Positions 11,000-22,194 of a DNA stretch of 50,226 nt are shown here, one piece after another. Positions within the stretch are counted from its first letter, which is position 1. Each line of letters opens with the position of its first letter. The position numbers and the translations under genes were made by a program. Under the pieces are notes generated by a model that was not told where the DNA came from, did not search any database, and worked only from the letters and a program-made list of their open reading frames with translations. Source of the stretch: Gammaproteobacteria bacterium (GTDB taxonomy: Bacteria > Pseudomonadota > Gammaproteobacteria > Natronospirales > JAJUFS01); assembly GCA_033720815.1 (NCBI GenBank), contig JAWWBT010000002.1, positions 1 through 50,226 on the forward strand, read 5' to 3'.

Positions 11000-12091
11000 C
11001 TAGTCTTCAATCCTGATGGTCGGGAAGGCATCGCCATCACCACCAGACGATGCCAGTTCGGCGACCATGTTCAGCGCGATTCGCCGGTAGCTCGCTGCAA
11101 GCTCCCCATCCGGATCGGCAACCACCGTCGGTTCGCCGCCATCGGCCTGTTCGCGGATGCGGATATCCAGCGGCAGGCTGCCGAGGAAGGGTGCATCATA
11201 CTGCGCTGCCATCTTCGCGCCACCCTCGGCGCCGAAAATTGCTTCCTCGTGGCCGCAATTCGAGCAGATATGCGTGCCCATGTTCTCGATGATGCCAAGT
11301 ACATCGACATCCACCTTGCGGAACATCTGCAGGCCCTTGCGCGCATCCAGCAGCGCAATATCCTGCGGCGTTGTGACAATCACCGCGCCCGACAGCGGCA
11401 CGCGCTGCGACAGCGTCAGCTGTGCATCTCCGGTGCCCGGCGGCATGTCGACGATGAGGTAATCCAGCTCGCCCCAGTCGGTCTCGTTCAGCAGTTGCGA
11501 CAGCGCCTGCGAGACCATCGGGCCGCGCCATACCATCGGCTGCTCTTCGTCAACCAGGAACCCGATCGACATGGCCTTCACGCCATGATTTTCCTTCGGC
11601 TCCATGATCTTGCCATCACGACTGGTCGGGCGGCCTGAAATACCCAGCATCCGCGGCTGCGACGGGCCGTAGATGTCGGCATCGAGTACACCAACGCGCG
11701 CACCTTCCTGCGCCAGCGCCAGCGCAAGGTTCACCGCCGTCGTGGACTTGCCGACGCCACCCTTGCCGGAGGCCACGGCGATGATGTTGCGGATTCCCGG
11801 CAGCGGCTCGAGGTTGCGCTGCACGGCGCGTGATGCGACGTCACTCCGGATGTCGAGGTCGACCTGCTTCACGCCCAGCTTTTCGGCGAGGTGATCAGCG
11901 AGCGCGGTTTCCACCACCTTGAGTGAACGGCGCAGCGGGACACCGAGCAGCAACTCGACCTTGAGGCCGTCGCCCGCCTCTTCCACGGACGCGACGGTCG
12001 CCACGCGCGAAAGCGGCAGGCCCAGGCCCGGTACGGACCAGTCTGCGAGGGCCTCTTTCACGTCATCGCGGGTAGCGGCGGTGTTGCTCAT
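11000..12091 (-). CDS. apbC: Fe-S cluster carrier ATPase ApbC/Mrp
   Basis: IAVASGKGGVGKSTTAVNLALALA deviant Walker A, CxxC (ICSNCGHE), N-terminal DUF59-like domain; start trimmed to MSNTAATRDD (ATG 12091); divergent from metG as in E. coli. Confidence 0.95.
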   Translation of the reverse strand: MSNTAATRDDVKEALADWSVPGLGLPLSRVATVASVEEAGDGLKVELLLGVPLRRSLKVVETALADHLAEKLGVKQVDLDIRSDVASRAVQRNLEPLPGIRNIIAVASGKGGVGKSTTAVNLALALAQEGARVGVLDADIYGPSQPRMLGISGRPTSRDGKIMEPKENHGVKAMSIGFLVDEEQPMVWRGPMVSQALSQLLNETDWGELDYLIVDMPPGTGDAQLTLSQRVPLSGAVIVTTPQDIALLDARKGLQMFRKVDVDVLGIIENMGTHICSNCGHEEAIFGAEGGAKMAAQYDAPFLGSLPLDIRIREQADGGEPTVVADPDGELAASYRRIALNMVAELASSGGDGDAFPTIRIED

Positions 12092-12294
12092 GCATCCTCC
12101 AGCGGCTTGGCTGTCCCGAAAGCCGCGAATTGTAACACCTGAAGGCACGGTATCGGCGCTCGCGCGGCTCGGACTGGACCCCTTCCCTGTGGCATAATTT
12201 CCCCCTTGTCGACCCGGGCCCGGACATAGCCGGGCAGGCCCCGCGGCCTGCCACTCCGGGCGCTCCCGCATGCTGACAGGCTTAAAGGAATCCC

Positions 12295-14382
12295 ATGTCT
12301 GACCAGAACGCTGACCAGGCCACCTCCACTCGCAAGATTCTCGTCACTTCCGGCCTGCCCTACGCCAATGGCCCCATCCATCTTGGCCATATGGTCGAAG
12401 TGATCCAGACGGACATCTGGGCGCGCTTCCAGAAACAGCGCGGCCACGAGTGCTATTACGTCTGCGCCGAGGACGCCCACGGCACGCCGATCATGATCCG
12501 CGCCCGCAAGGAAGGCACCACGCCGGAAGAACTCATCGAGCGCATGAGCGCGCTGCACCAGCATGATTTCCAGGGATTCCTGATCGAGCACGACAACTAC
12601 CACACCACGCATTCCGACGAGAATCGCGAGCTCGCGACCGGGATCTACACCGCCCTGCGCGACGCCGGCCACATCAGCTCGCGCGTGATCAAGCAGGCGT
12701 ACGATGAAAAGGAAGGCATGTTCCTGCCGGATCGTTTCATCAAGGGCACCTGCCCGAAGTGCGGCACCGAGGACCAGTACGGCGATTCCTGCGAGGCCTG
12801 TGGTTCGACCTACAGCCCGGCGGAACTCAAGAATGCCATCTCGGTGGTTTCCGGCACCACGCCCATCGAACGTGAGTCAGAGCATTTCTTCTTCCAGCTC
12901 GGTGATTTCGAGCAGGACCTGAAGGACTGGATGGACCACACCGGGCTGCATCCGGCGGTCCGCGCCAAGCTCGAGGAGTGGTTCGAGGCCGGGCTGCAGG
13001 ACTGGGACATCTCGCGTGACGCGCCGTATTTCGGTTTCGAGATTCCCGACGCGCCGGGCAAGTACTTCTATGTCTGGCTCGATGCGCCGGTCGGCTACCT
13101 CGCGAGTTTCAAGCAGCTGTGCGACAAGCGCGGCATGGATTTTTCGCAGTGGATGAAGCCCGACACCGACACGGAAATGGTTCATTTCATCGGCAAGGAC
13201 ATCAACTATTTCCACTCGCTGTTCTGGCCCGCGATGCTGAAAGGGTCCGGCTACCGCCAGCCTTCCGGCGTGTACGTGCACGGATTCCTCACGGTGAACG
13301 GCGCGAAGATGTCGAAGTCGCGCGGCACCTTCGTGCTCGCGAAGACGTACCTCGAGCACCTGGACCCGGAATACCTGCGTTACTACTTCGCCGCCAAGCT
13401 CGGCTCGGGCGTGGAAGACATCGACCTGAACATGGATGACTTCATGGCCAGGGTGAATTCCGACCTGGTCGGCAAGGTGGTGAACATCGCCAGCCGTTGC
13501 TCGGGCTTCATCAACAAGAAATTCGACGGCAAGCTCGGCGCAGCACTCGCAGAACCCGAGTTGTTCAACGAGCTCGCCACCGGCGCAACGAAAATCGCCG
13601 AAGCGTACGAGAAGCGTGAATTCTCCCGCGCGATGCGCGAGATCATGGCGCTGGCCGACAAGGCCAACCAGTACATCGATACGAAGAAGCCATGGGTGAT
13701 GGCGAAGGACGAAACGAAGCTGCCGGAAGTGCAGGACGTCTGCACCGTCGGCATCAACCTGTTCCGCCAGCTTGTCACCTATCTCAAGCCGGTGTTGCCG
13801 GAACTGGCGGCAAAGGCCGAGGACTTCCTGAACATCGATCCGCTCACCTGGGACGATGCACAGCTGCCGCTGCTCGACCACACCATTTCGAAATTCAAGC
13901 CGCTGATGACGCGCATCGAGAAGAAGGATATTGACGCCATGCTGGAATCCACCAAGGATGACCTCGCCAAGGAAAACGAAACCGCGAAGCAGAGCGTTTC
14001 AACGAAAGACCAGACCAAGGCAACGAAATCCAACGGCGATGTGGCACCGATTGCCGACACCATCACCATCGATGATTTCGCGAAGATCGACCTGCGCGTT
14101 GCGAAAATCGTCAAGGCAGAGCATGTCGAAGGCGCAGACAAGCTCCTGCAACTGACCCTCGACATCGGTGCGGGCGAACGCAACGTGTTTGCCGGTATCA
14201 AGTCGGCCTATGCACCGGAAGACATCGAGGGCAAGCTGACCGTGATGGTCGCCAATCTCGCGCCGCGCAAGATGCGTTTCGGTATTTCAGAGGGCATGGT
14301 GCTGGCGGCCGGCCCCGGCGGCAAGGACCTGTTCATTCTCGAACCGCACTCGGGTGCGCAACCTGGCATGCGGGTCAAGTAA
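12295..14382 (+). CDS. metG: methionine--tRNA ligase with C-terminal tRNA-binding domain
   Basis: [12 protein letters not shown] (HIGH), KMSKSRG (KMSKS), Zn knuckles CPKCG...CEACG, C-terminal [20 protein letters not shown]. Confidence 0.97.
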   Translation: MSDQNADQATSTRKILVTSGLPYANGPIHLGHMVEVIQTDIWARFQKQRGHECYYVCAEDAHGTPIMIRARKEGTTPEELIERMSALHQHDFQGFLIEHDNYHTTHSDENRELATGIYTALRDAGHISSRVIKQAYDEKEGMFLPDRFIKGTCPKCGTEDQYGDSCEACGSTYSPAELKNAISVVSGTTPIERESEHFFFQLGDFEQDLKDWMDHTGLHPAVRAKLEEWFEAGLQDWDISRDAPYFGFEIPDAPGKYFYVWLDAPVGYLASFKQLCDKRGMDFSQWMKPDTDTEMVHFIGKDINYFHSLFWPAMLKGSGYRQPSGVYVHGFLTVNGAKMSKSRGTFVLAKTYLEHLDPEYLRYYFAAKLGSGVEDIDLNMDDFMARVNSDLVGKVVNIASRCSGFINKKFDGKLGAALAEPELFNELATGATKIAEAYEKREFSRAMREIMALADKANQYIDTKKPWVMAKDETKLPEVQDVCTVGINLFRQLVTYLKPVLPELAAKAEDFLNIDPLTWDDAQLPLLDHTISKFKPLMTRIEKKDIDAMLESTKDDLAKENETAKQSVSTKDQTKATKSNGDVAPIADTITIDDFAKIDLRVAKIVKAEHVEGADKLLQLTLDIGAGERNVFAGIKSAYAPEDIEGKLTVMVANLAPRKMRFGISEGMVLAAGPGGKDLFILEPHSGAQPGMRVK

Positions 14383-14404
14383 GCAACACCGGGAGGTGTG
14401 AACG

Positions 14405-14992
14405 GTGGAAGGCCTGCAGGAACTCGCACTGATTCTCATCGGCGCCGTGCTGGTGAACAATTTCGTGCTGGTAAAATTCCTCGGCCTCTGCCCGTTCATG
14501 GGGGTATCGCGCCAGCTGGAAACCGCAACCGGCATGGCACTTGCCACCACATTCGTGCTGACGCTCTCGTCCATCGCCAGTTACCTGGTGCACAGCTACC
14601 TGCTTGAACCCTTCGGGCTCGGTTACCTGCGCACCATTGCCTTCATCCTCGTGATTGCAGCGGTGGTGCAGTTCACCGAGATGGTGGTGAAGAAGTCCTC
14701 GCCGCTGCTGTATCGCGTGCTCGGTATTTTCCTGCCATTGATCACCACAAACTGCGCCGTGCTCGGTGTCGCGCTGTTGAACGTGCAGGAATCACACAGC
14801 CTCGTCGGCTCGGCCGTGTACGGCTTCGGTGCGGCTGCCGGTTTCTCGCTGGTGATGGTGCTGTTTGCCGCCTTGCGTGAACGCCTCGCCGTTGCCGATG
14901 TACCGGCGTCATTCCAGGGCGCAGCCATAGCAATGATTACGGCCGGATTGATGTCGCTCGCGTTCATGGGATTCGCGGGGCTGGTGAAATAG
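14405..14992 (+). CDS. rnfA: Rnf/Rsx electron transport complex subunit A
   Basis: [21 protein letters not shown]...[13 protein letters not shown]; GTG start after GGGAGG. Confidence 0.93.
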   Translation: MEGLQELALILIGAVLVNNFVLVKFLGLCPFMGVSRQLETATGMALATTFVLTLSSIASYLVHSYLLEPFGLGYLRTIAFILVIAAVVQFTEMVVKKSSPLLYRVLGIFLPLITTNCAVLGVALLNVQESHSLVGSAVYGFGAAAGFSLVMVLFAALRERLAVADVPASFQGAAIAMITAGLMSLAFMGFAGLVK

Positions 14993-15616
14993 ATGCTGAC
15001 GGCTATCGCAGTCATCGCAGGTCTCGCTGCCGCCTTCGGCGTCGTGCTCGGCTTCGCCGCGGTCCGTTTTCGCGTGGAAGAAGACCCGGTGGTCGACCAG
15101 ATCGACGCCATCCTGCCGCAGACACAGTGCGCGCAATGCGGTTACCCGGGTTGCCGCCCTTACGCCGAAGCCATCGCCAATGGCGAAGCCGACATCAACC
15201 AGTGCCCGCCCGGAGGTGAAGCCGGTATTCGTGCACTGGCGGAACTGCTGGACCGCGAACCGAAACCGCTTTCCGAAGAACACGGTGTCGAGAAGCCGAA
15301 GATGCTCGCCATCATCGACGAGGAAACCTGCATCGGCTGCACCTTGTGCATCCAGGCCTGCCCCGTCGATGCCATTGTCGGCGCGGCGAAGCAGATGCAT
15401 ACCGTGATCGATGATGAATGCACCGGCTGCGAACTCTGTGTCGCCCCCTGCCCCGTCGATTGCATCGACATGGTGCCGGTAAAGACAACCTTGCAGAACT
15501 GGAAGTGGCCGGAGCCGGAAAAATTCTACGCCCCTGGCTCGCCGCTGGCGGAAGAGGAACGCGACCCGGAGCACGACACACGCGTGAACCCGACACGGGA
15601 GGCCGGTCATGGCTGA
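14993..15616 (+). CDS. rnfB: Rnf/Rsx complex subunit B (ferredoxin-like)
   Basis: [21 protein letters not shown]...NQCPPGG and two 4Fe-4S CxxCxxCxxxCP motifs. Confidence 0.93.
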   Translation: MLTAIAVIAGLAAAFGVVLGFAAVRFRVEEDPVVDQIDAILPQTQCAQCGYPGCRPYAEAIANGEADINQCPPGGEAGIRALAELLDREPKPLSEEHGVEKPKMLAIIDEETCIGCTLCIQACPVDAIVGAAKQMHTVIDDECTGCELCVAPCPVDCIDMVPVKTTLQNWKWPEPEKFYAPGSPLAEEERDPEHDTRVNPTREAGHG

Positions 15617-17174
15617 AATGCGCAGCCGCGATGGCGTCCAGCTGCACCGTTTCCCGGGTGGCCTGCTGCTCGATGATCACAAGGCAATGGCCACGCAGCG
15701 GCCGGTCGAAAAGGCGCCGTTGCCGAAAGAACTGGTCATTCCCCTGCAACAGCATATCGGCGAACCGGCCATGCCCATCGTGGAGGTCGGCGAGCATGTA
15801 CTCGGCGGCCAGCCGATTGCCGAAGCACAGGGACACATCAGTGCACTTGTCCATGCCACCTCATCCGGGACGGTCAAGGAAATCACCGAACGACTGATTC
15901 CGCATCCGTCCGGACTCACCGCGCCCTGCGTCGTGATCGAGACCGACGGCAAGGATGAATTCGTTTCGCCAGAACCACTTGATGGCTGGCAGCAGGCAGA
16001 ACCGGCAGCGATACACCAGCACGTACGCAACGCAGGCATCGTCGGCCTCGGTGGTGCCGCCTTCCCGACTGACATCAAGTTGACGGCCGATGAGTTCCTC
16101 CAGATTGATCGGCTCATCCTGAACGGCGCCGAGTGCGAACCCTATATCTGCTGTGATGACATGCTGATGCGCGAGCGCGCCGAAGAGGTGATTTCCGGTG
16201 CACTGGTCATGTTGCGTGCGCTGGCGACCGAACGCTGCCAGCTCGCGATCGAGGACAACAAGCCGGAAGCCGAACAGGCATTGCGCGACGCCATCAAGCA
16301 AGCCGACGCTGCCGATCACATCGAGCTGGTCATCGTTCCTTCGGTATACCCGGAAGGTGGCGAGAAGCAGTTGATCCAGGTGCTCACCGGCAAGGAAGTG
16401 CCGAGTGACGGCCTGCCGATTGATATCGGCATTGTCTGTCACAACGTCGGTACTGCTGCTGCGGTCCATCGCGCTGTCGTTAACGGCACACCGCTGGTAT
16501 CGCGATTCGTTGCTGTCACCGGCGGCGGCGTCAGGGAACCGCGCGTGCTGGACTCGCGCATAGGCACGCCGTTCGCGACGTTGATCGAATCCGCAGGCGG
16601 TGCACTCGATTCCGCCGTCCGCCTGCTGATGGGCGGCCCGATGATGGGATTTGCCATACGCGATGACAGCGTGCCGGTCATCAAGGCGACCAACTGCATC
16701 CTGCTGGCCACCGACGACGAAATTCGCCCCGCCAAGGAACCGATGCCGTGCATTCGCTGCGGCGAATGTGCGCAGGTCTGCCCTGCCTCGTTGCTGCCAC
16801 AACAGCTTTACTGGCATACGCGCGCACGCGAAATGGACAAGGTCGAGGATTACGACATCTTCGATTGCATCGAATGCGGCTGCTGCGATGTGGTCTGCCC
16901 GAGCCATATTCCGCTCGCGAGCCATTTCCGTTTCGCCAAGACGGAAATCTGGGGCAAGGAAGCAGAACGCGCCCGCGCGGATATCGCACGCCAGCGCTAC
17001 GAAGCGCGCCAGGAACGCATCGAGAAGGAAAAACGCGAACAGGAAGAACGTCGCCAGCGCAAGAAGAAGATGCTCGACAATCTCGACAGGGAGAAGAGCA
17101 AGAAGGACGAGATCAAGGCAGCAATGGAACGCGCGAAACAGAAGAAGCGCGAAAAGCAGGAGGGCAAGGACTGA
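15609..17174 (+). CDS. rnfC: Rnf/Rsx complex subunit C, with Lys/Glu/Arg-rich C-terminal tail
   Basis: [32 protein letters not shown] and [12 protein letters not shown] motifs; overlaps the rnfB end. Confidence 0.93.
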   Translation: MAEMRSRDGVQLHRFPGGLLLDDHKAMATQRPVEKAPLPKELVIPLQQHIGEPAMPIVEVGEHVLGGQPIAEAQGHISALVHATSSGTVKEITERLIPHPSGLTAPCVVIETDGKDEFVSPEPLDGWQQAEPAAIHQHVRNAGIVGLGGAAFPTDIKLTADEFLQIDRLILNGAECEPYICCDDMLMRERAEEVISGALVMLRALATERCQLAIEDNKPEAEQALRDAIKQADAADHIELVIVPSVYPEGGEKQLIQVLTGKEVPSDGLPIDIGIVCHNVGTAAAVHRAVVNGTPLVSRFVAVTGGGVREPRVLDSRIGTPFATLIESAGGALDSAVRLLMGGPMMGFAIRDDSVPVIKATNCILLATDDEIRPAKEPMPCIRCGECAQVCPASLLPQQLYWHTRAREMDKVEDYDIFDCIECGCCDVVCPSHIPLASHFRFAKTEIWGKEAERARADIARQRYEARQERIEKEKREQEERRQRKKKMLDNLDREKSKKDEIKAAMERAKQKKREKQEGKD

Positions 17175-18211
17175 TGCATTACGGTGTCTCCCCTGCCCCG
17201 CACCTGAAACCGCAGACCTCCGTCACGAAAGTGATGTTGCAGGTACTGATTGCGCTGGTGCCCGCCACCCTTGCCAGCGTGTGGTATTTCGGCTGGGGCA
17301 TCATGGTGCAGATGCTCATCGCGACGGTGTTCGCGGTAACCGCGGAAACCCTGATGCTGATTGCACGCGACCGTCCGCTGAAGCCGTTCATCTACGACTT
17401 CAGCGCCGTGGTCACCGCGGTACTGCTGGCCTTCGCCGTACCACCGACCGCGCCATGGTGGCTGGTTGCCATTGGTGTCGTGTTCGCGATTATCTTCGCA
17501 AAACACCTGTATGGCGGTCTCGGCTACAACCCTTTCAATCCTGCGATGGCAGGCTACGTGGTGTTGCTGATTTCCTTCCCGCAGGAAATGACGGTCTGGC
17601 TCGCACCCGAGCAGCTTGTCTTCGATGAACAGCGCCTGTCGCTATACGAAACACTGGTGACGATTTTTGCCGGCAGCTTTCCGGCAGGGGTGAACGTGGA
17701 TGCGGTCACTGCCGCAACACCACTCGATGCAATGCGCACCGGCCTTGCGAACAACCAGACCGTGCAGGAAATCCGCAGCAACCCGTTGTTCGGTGATTTC
17801 GGCGGCCTGGGCTGGGAATGGATCGGCAATTACATCGCGATCGGTGGACTGTGGCTGATGTATCGCCGCGTGATCCGCTGGCAGATTCCCTTCGGAGTGA
17901 TCATGGGTGTCGGCGTACCGGCCGTGGCTTTCTATTTCCTTGATCCGGGCACGCACGCAGGCGCGCCGTTCCATATCTTCAGCGGTGCGACATTGCTGTG
18001 CGCCTTCTTCATCGCCACCGACCCGGTGTCGGCAGCGACCACTGAAAAAGGCCGGCTCATATACGGTTTCTGTATCGGCCTGCTGATCTACATCATTCGC
18101 AGCTGGGGTGGCTACCCGGATGCTGTCGCCTTTGCCGTGCTGTTGATGAACATGGCAGTGCCACTGATCGATCACTACACGCGACCGAGGACCTACGGCC
18201 ATGCGCGCTGA
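17174..18211 (+). CDS. rnfD: Rnf/Rsx complex subunit D
   Basis: [30 protein letters not shown]...ATDPVSAATT (FMN-attachment region); ATG overlaps the rnfC TGA; ORF-track 16748 start is a 5-prime extension. Confidence 0.93.
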   Translation: MHYGVSPAPHLKPQTSVTKVMLQVLIALVPATLASVWYFGWGIMVQMLIATVFAVTAETLMLIARDRPLKPFIYDFSAVVTAVLLAFAVPPTAPWWLVAIGVVFAIIFAKHLYGGLGYNPFNPAMAGYVVLLISFPQEMTVWLAPEQLVFDEQRLSLYETLVTIFAGSFPAGVNVDAVTAATPLDAMRTGLANNQTVQEIRSNPLFGDFGGLGWEWIGNYIAIGGLWLMYRRVIRWQIPFGVIMGVGVPAVAFYFLDPGTHAGAPFHIFSGATLLCAFFIATDPVSAATTEKGRLIYGFCIGLLIYIIRSWGGYPDAVAFAVLLMNMAVPLIDHYTRPRTYGHAR

Positions 18212-18875
18212 CCGGGTCGAACTGCTGAAGAACATGGCACGCGCCGCGGCGATCGCAGCCGGATTCGCGATCGCCGGCACCACGATGGTCGCATTGACCT
18301 GGGAAGAAACCCAGGACGATATCGCCGAGGCGGAGCGTCGCGTACTGCTCAATACATTGAACCAGCTCGTTCCCGCTGATCGTTACAGCAATGACCTTTT
18401 CAGTGACACGACCACGGTACGGGACGAAGACATGCTCGGTACCGAGGAACCGGTAACGGTTTATCGGGCGCGCGATGATGGCAAACCGGTTGCAGCACTA
18501 CTGACTCCCGTTGCGCCGAATGGCTACAGCGGTGATATCGACCTGCTGGTCGCCATCAATTATGACGGGTCGCTGGCGGGCGTGCGCGTGCTCGGCCACA
18601 AGGAAACTCCAGGGCTTGGCGACCTCGTCGAGCGATCGAAATCCGACTGGCTGGCGCAATTCGATAATGCATCGCTGGCACATCCTCCCTTGCCGGAATG
18701 GAAGGTGAAGCGCGATGGTGGTGCCTTCGACCAGCTTACCGGTGCAACGATCACGCCCCGCGCGATTGTCGATGCGGTCCGGAAGACGCTGTTGTTCTAT
18801 AACGGCAATCGCGAGAGGATCTTCTCGCAGGATCATGCCGAAGCGGAGCCGACGACCACGGAGGCCAATGAATGA
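18201..18875 (+). CDS. rnfG: Rnf/Rsx complex subunit G
   Basis: ETPGLGD...[21 protein letters not shown]-binding motif; alternative start at ATG 18234. Confidence 0.9.
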   Translation: MRADRVELLKNMARAAAIAAGFAIAGTTMVALTWEETQDDIAEAERRVLLNTLNQLVPADRYSNDLFSDTTTVRDEDMLGTEEPVTVYRARDDGKPVAALLTPVAPNGYSGDIDLLVAINYDGSLAGVRVLGHKETPGLGDLVERSKSDWLAQFDNASLAHPPLPEWKVKRDGGAFDQLTGATITPRAIVDAVRKTLLFYNGNRERIFSQDHAEAEPTTTEANE

Positions 18876-19570
18876 GTGCAACACCGCGTGAAATCATTGC
18901 CGACGGTTTCTGGCACAACAACCCGGGCATCGTACAACTGCTCGGGCTGTGCCCGCTGCTTGCCGTGTCCGGCACGCTGGTCAATGGCCTGGGCCTCGGC
19001 ATCGCCACCACGCTGGTGCTGCTTGGTTCGAATGTCGCCGTTTCGGCAATTCGCGACATCGTGCGCCCTGAAGTGCGCATCCCGGTATTCGTGCTGATCA
19101 TCGCTTCGCTGGTCACAACTGTAGAGCTGGTAATGAATGCCTTCTTCCATGACCTGTACCGCGTACTCGGCATCTTCATTCCGCTGATCGTCACCAACTG
19201 CGCCATCATCGGTCGCGCCGAAGCATTTGCGTCGCGAAACAACATTGCACGCTCGGCACTGGACGGCATCGCAATGGGTCTCGGTTTCACGGCAGTGCTC
19301 ATCATCCTCGGCGGCATGCGCGAGATCATCGGCAAGGGCACACTCTTCGACGGCGCGGAAATGCTGTTCGGAGATGTTGCGCGTGACTGGAGCATCCCCG
19401 TGCTGGGTAGCGACTATCCCGGCTTCCTGCTTGCGGTATTGCCGCCGGGTGCCTTCCTTGGCCTCGGCCTTCTGATTGCATTGAAGAACGATATCGACCG
19501 TCGCATCGCCGAGCGCGCAACTGCGCGCAAGCGCGCGGAGCGGGAATCGGCCGAACCGACCATCGCCTGA
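18872..19570 (+). CDS. rnfE: Rnf/Rsx complex subunit E
   Basis: [20 protein letters not shown]...[16 protein letters not shown]; ATGA overlap with rnfG. Confidence 0.93.
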   Translation: MSATPREIIADGFWHNNPGIVQLLGLCPLLAVSGTLVNGLGLGIATTLVLLGSNVAVSAIRDIVRPEVRIPVFVLIIASLVTTVELVMNAFFHDLYRVLGIFIPLIVTNCAIIGRAEAFASRNNIARSALDGIAMGLGFTAVLIILGGMREIIGKGTLFDGAEMLFGDVARDWSIPVLGSDYPGFLLAVLPPGAFLGLGLLIALKNDIDRRIAERATARKRAERESAEPTIA

Positions 19571-19589
19571 CAAGACAGCACTCGCCGAC

Positions 19590-20243
19590 ATGAACAAGGA
19601 TAAACGCGTCGAAATATTCCGTCGCCTGCGCGATGCAAACCCGGAACCCACCACCGAACTGGAATACGACTCGCCCTTCGAGCTGCTGGTCGCCGTAACG
19701 CTGTCTGCCCAGGCCACCGATGTGGGCGTGAACAAGGCAACGAAAAAGCTCTTTCCCGTCGCGAATACTCCACAAGCCATTCACGACCTGGGTGTCGATG
19801 GCCTGAAGAAGTACATCAAGACCATTGGCCTCTATAACTCCAAGGCGGAAAACATCATCAAGGCCTGCCGCATCCTGCTCGACAAGCATGACGGCAAGGT
19901 GCCGGAGGATCGTGAATCGCTGGAAGAACTACCGGGTGTCGGACGCAAGACGGCGAACGTGATCCTGAATACCGCCTTTGGACACCCCACCATTGCCGTG
20001 GACACTCACATCTTCCGCGTCTCGAATCGCACGAAGATCGCCCCAGGCAAGAATGTGGTCGAGGTCGAAAAGCGGCTTGAACGCGTGGTGCCGGAAGAAT
20101 TCAAGAAGGACGCACACCACTGGCTGATCCTGCACGGTCGCTACGTGTGCAAGGCGCGCAAGCCGGAATGCTGGCGTTGCCCGATTGCCGACCTTTGCGA
20201 ATTCCCGAAGTCAAAACGACCGGAAGCACCCGACTCTCGCTGA
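19590..20243 (+). CDS. nth: endonuclease III
   Basis: FELLVAVTLSAQATD, LPGVGRKTANVILN (HhH-GPD), C-terminal CxxxxxxCxxCxxxxxC; follows rnfE as in E. coli. Confidence 0.95.
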   Translation: MNKDKRVEIFRRLRDANPEPTTELEYDSPFELLVAVTLSAQATDVGVNKATKKLFPVANTPQAIHDLGVDGLKKYIKTIGLYNSKAENIIKACRILLDKHDGKVPEDRESLEELPGVGRKTANVILNTAFGHPTIAVDTHIFRVSNRTKIAPGKNVVEVEKRLERVVPEEFKKDAHHWLILHGRYVCKARKPECWRCPIADLCEFPKSKRPEAPDSR

Positions 20244-20247
20244 AGTA

Positions 20248-20682
20248 CTACTGCGCCTCGCGACGCAGGTGGAATTCATGCTCGTCTTCGCCAACCTGCT
20301 CGAAGCCGTTGCGCAGGTAGAGCCGCAATGCGGGGTTTCGTTTCAGCACGGTCAGTGTCAGTGGTCGGCCTTCGGCTTCAGCCTGCGCGATGAGGTGATC
20401 AACCACCTGCCCACCGATTCCACGTCCCTGCCATTCCGGTAGAACCTGTAGCTGCTGCACGTGAAGCGCGTCGTCCTTCTGCAGCGCCTTCACCATGCCA
20501 ACGGCTTCATCGCCCACCATGATCACTCGCGCATGTTCGAACTCCAGCAACACGCGTTCACGATGCCGCTCGCGCGAAAAAAAGACGCCCATCTCGCGGA
20601 GATGGACGTCCATGGTAGCCAGCCGCAATTCCAGCAGGAAATCGATATCGCCATGGGTGGCCGGCCTGAGCAGGAAGGTCAT
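20248..20682 (-). CDS. GNAT family N-acetyltransferase
   Basis: QVLPEWQGRGIGGQVV acetyl-CoA motif A, ...RLYLRNGFE; its ATG overlaps (ATGA) the stop of the upstream M28 gene. Confidence 0.8.
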   Translation of the reverse strand: MTFLLRPATHGDIDFLLELRLATMDVHLREMGVFFSRERHRERVLLEFEHARVIMVGDEAVGMVKALQKDDALHVQQLQVLPEWQGRGIGGQVVDHLIAQAEAEGRPLTLTVLKRNPALRLYLRNGFEQVGEDEHEFHLRREAQ

Positions 20683-22076
20683 TGCTTGCCATATCCACCA
20701 AAGCTGCCATTCGGGCCCGGGAACACGACCGGGCTTTCATGGCCGTCTTCGGAAACGGCAGCGACGCCGAAGAAGTAATTGTCGATGACAACGTTCTCGA
20801 GCGTGTGCTCGGTCACATCACCCACATAAACACTCTTCGTCCACTGCGGCTCGGTTGTCAGGCGCCAGTAGACCTTGTATCCGGCGAGGTTGGGTGCCAT
20901 CTCGTCGCTCGGGCGTTCCCATCGCAGGGTGGTATCCGGCTGCACGGCACCTTCGATCTCGACATTCGCCGGCGGCGGCGGTGCCCATGCCATGCCTGCA
21001 AGGCTGACGGCATTCAACGCAGTGAGTTTTGCGGCATACGGGAAGTTCACGCCGTCGATGGTGTCACCGTATTCAATGCCATCTTCGGTCCGAAGGTCCT
21101 GGTGCTGGCGATCGTAATGCTCGTTGGTTTCCATGATGCGTACGCCGGGGAAGCCTTCCGCATTGAAGGGCCGGTGATGGCCACCGCGACCGAAACGGTC
21201 CAGGCGATAGATCATCATGGTATCGAGGTTACGAATGTACTGGTCCGCCATGCGATCGACATAGCGTGCAACATTGCGCGACGGCGAATCGACTTCGCCA
21301 CCGGTGAAGCGACGGATACGTGCTTCCTCGTCGGTTTCCACCACGCGCGTGCCTTCCGAAAATATGCGCGCGGTCGTGTTGTCGGTAATGCCGTTGATGC
21401 CGCTGATATTGCCGATCATGTCGTTGTTCAGCACGGCCTCGACGCGCCAGCCTTCCTTCTTCGCCTTTGCAGCAAGAATCTTGCCGCCGAACAGTCCCTG
21501 CTCTTCGCCAGCGAGCGCCGCGTAGACAATGCTCGCGTTGAATTCGTATTTCGACAGCATGCGCGCTGCCTCGATGGCACCGGCAACACCGGAAGCATTG
21601 TCGTTCGCGCCAGGCGAATCACTGGTGTAATTCATCGGGTCGGAAACACGCGAATCGATGTCACCGCTCATCATCACGTAGCGGTTCGGGTCCGTCTTGC
21701 CACGCTGGATGGCAATGACACTCACTACTTCGACCGGATCCGGAATCCGCGTCTCGCCGGAGACGGTATCGGAAACATACATCACTTCCAGGCAACCACC
21801 ACACCCGGCCGATATCCGCTGGAATTCCTCGTAGATCCAGCGACGTGCCGCACCGATGCCGCGGGTATCGCTTTCGGTTTCGGACAAGGTATGCCGCGTA
21901 CCAAAGCTCACCAGCTTGCGGATGTCTTTCTCGATACGCTCGGCTGATGCAGAGTCGGCGATCTCATACAGCACCGGCTGCTCACCTGGTGGTGCCGACT
22001 CCGGCATGGTGTTCGCACAGGCAGCGAACGGCAGGCTGATCAGGGAAAGGAGTGAAACGCGCAGGGGAAGACGCAT
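20679..22076 (-). CDS. secreted M28-family zinc aminopeptidase with C-terminal fibronectin-III-like domain
   Basis: Signal/lipobox MRLPLRVSLLSLISLPFAAC; PGANDNASGVAGAIEAA and ALAGEEQGLFG M28 metal-ligand blocks; C-terminus NLAGYKVYWR...YFFGVAAVSEDGHES FN3-like; start trimmed to ATG 22076. Confidence 0.8.
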   Translation of the reverse strand: MRLPLRVSLLSLISLPFAACANTMPESAPPGEQPVLYEIADSASAERIEKDIRKLVSFGTRHTLSETESDTRGIGAARRWIYEEFQRISAGCGGCLEVMYVSDTVSGETRIPDPVEVVSVIAIQRGKTDPNRYVMMSGDIDSRVSDPMNYTSDSPGANDNASGVAGAIEAARMLSKYEFNASIVYAALAGEEQGLFGGKILAAKAKKEGWRVEAVLNNDMIGNISGINGITDNTTARIFSEGTRVVETDEEARIRRFTGGEVDSPSRNVARYVDRMADQYIRNLDTMMIYRLDRFGRGGHHRPFNAEGFPGVRIMETNEHYDRQHQDLRTEDGIEYGDTIDGVNFPYAAKLTALNAVSLAGMAWAPPPPANVEIEGAVQPDTTLRWERPSDEMAPNLAGYKVYWRLTTEPQWTKSVYVGDVTEHTLENVVIDNYFFGVAAVSEDGHESPVVFPGPNGSFGGYGKQ

Positions 22077-22090
22077 GAAAACCTCCGGCT

Positions 22091-22168
22091 GGATTGACAG
22101 GGGTTTTCGAGAGTAGAAGGCACGCCGGATTGAATCAAGCGTCGAAATACGGCGACGGCCTGGATTGA
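22091..22168 (-). repeat. three direct copies of GGATTGA (minus-strand TCAATCC) spaced 36 and 35 bp, in the promoter/leader of the M28 peptidase gene
   Basis: gctGGATTGAc at 22091, gccGGATTGAa at 22127, cctGGATTGAc at 22162; the last minus-strand copy abuts the GGAGG SD. Confidence 0.5.
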
Positions 22169-22194
22169 CCGCCACCGTACTGCGTGGAACTGCC

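Noticed and set aside
14405-20243. rnfABCDGE-nth block as an unusual energy-conservation system in an apparently aerobic organism.
   Set aside because: This exact operon, including the trailing nth, is the standard rsx/rnf locus of many aerobic and facultative Gammaproteobacteria. Nothing is atypical apart from a low-complexity K/E/R tail on RnfC (about 16980-17174), a region that is known to be variable.
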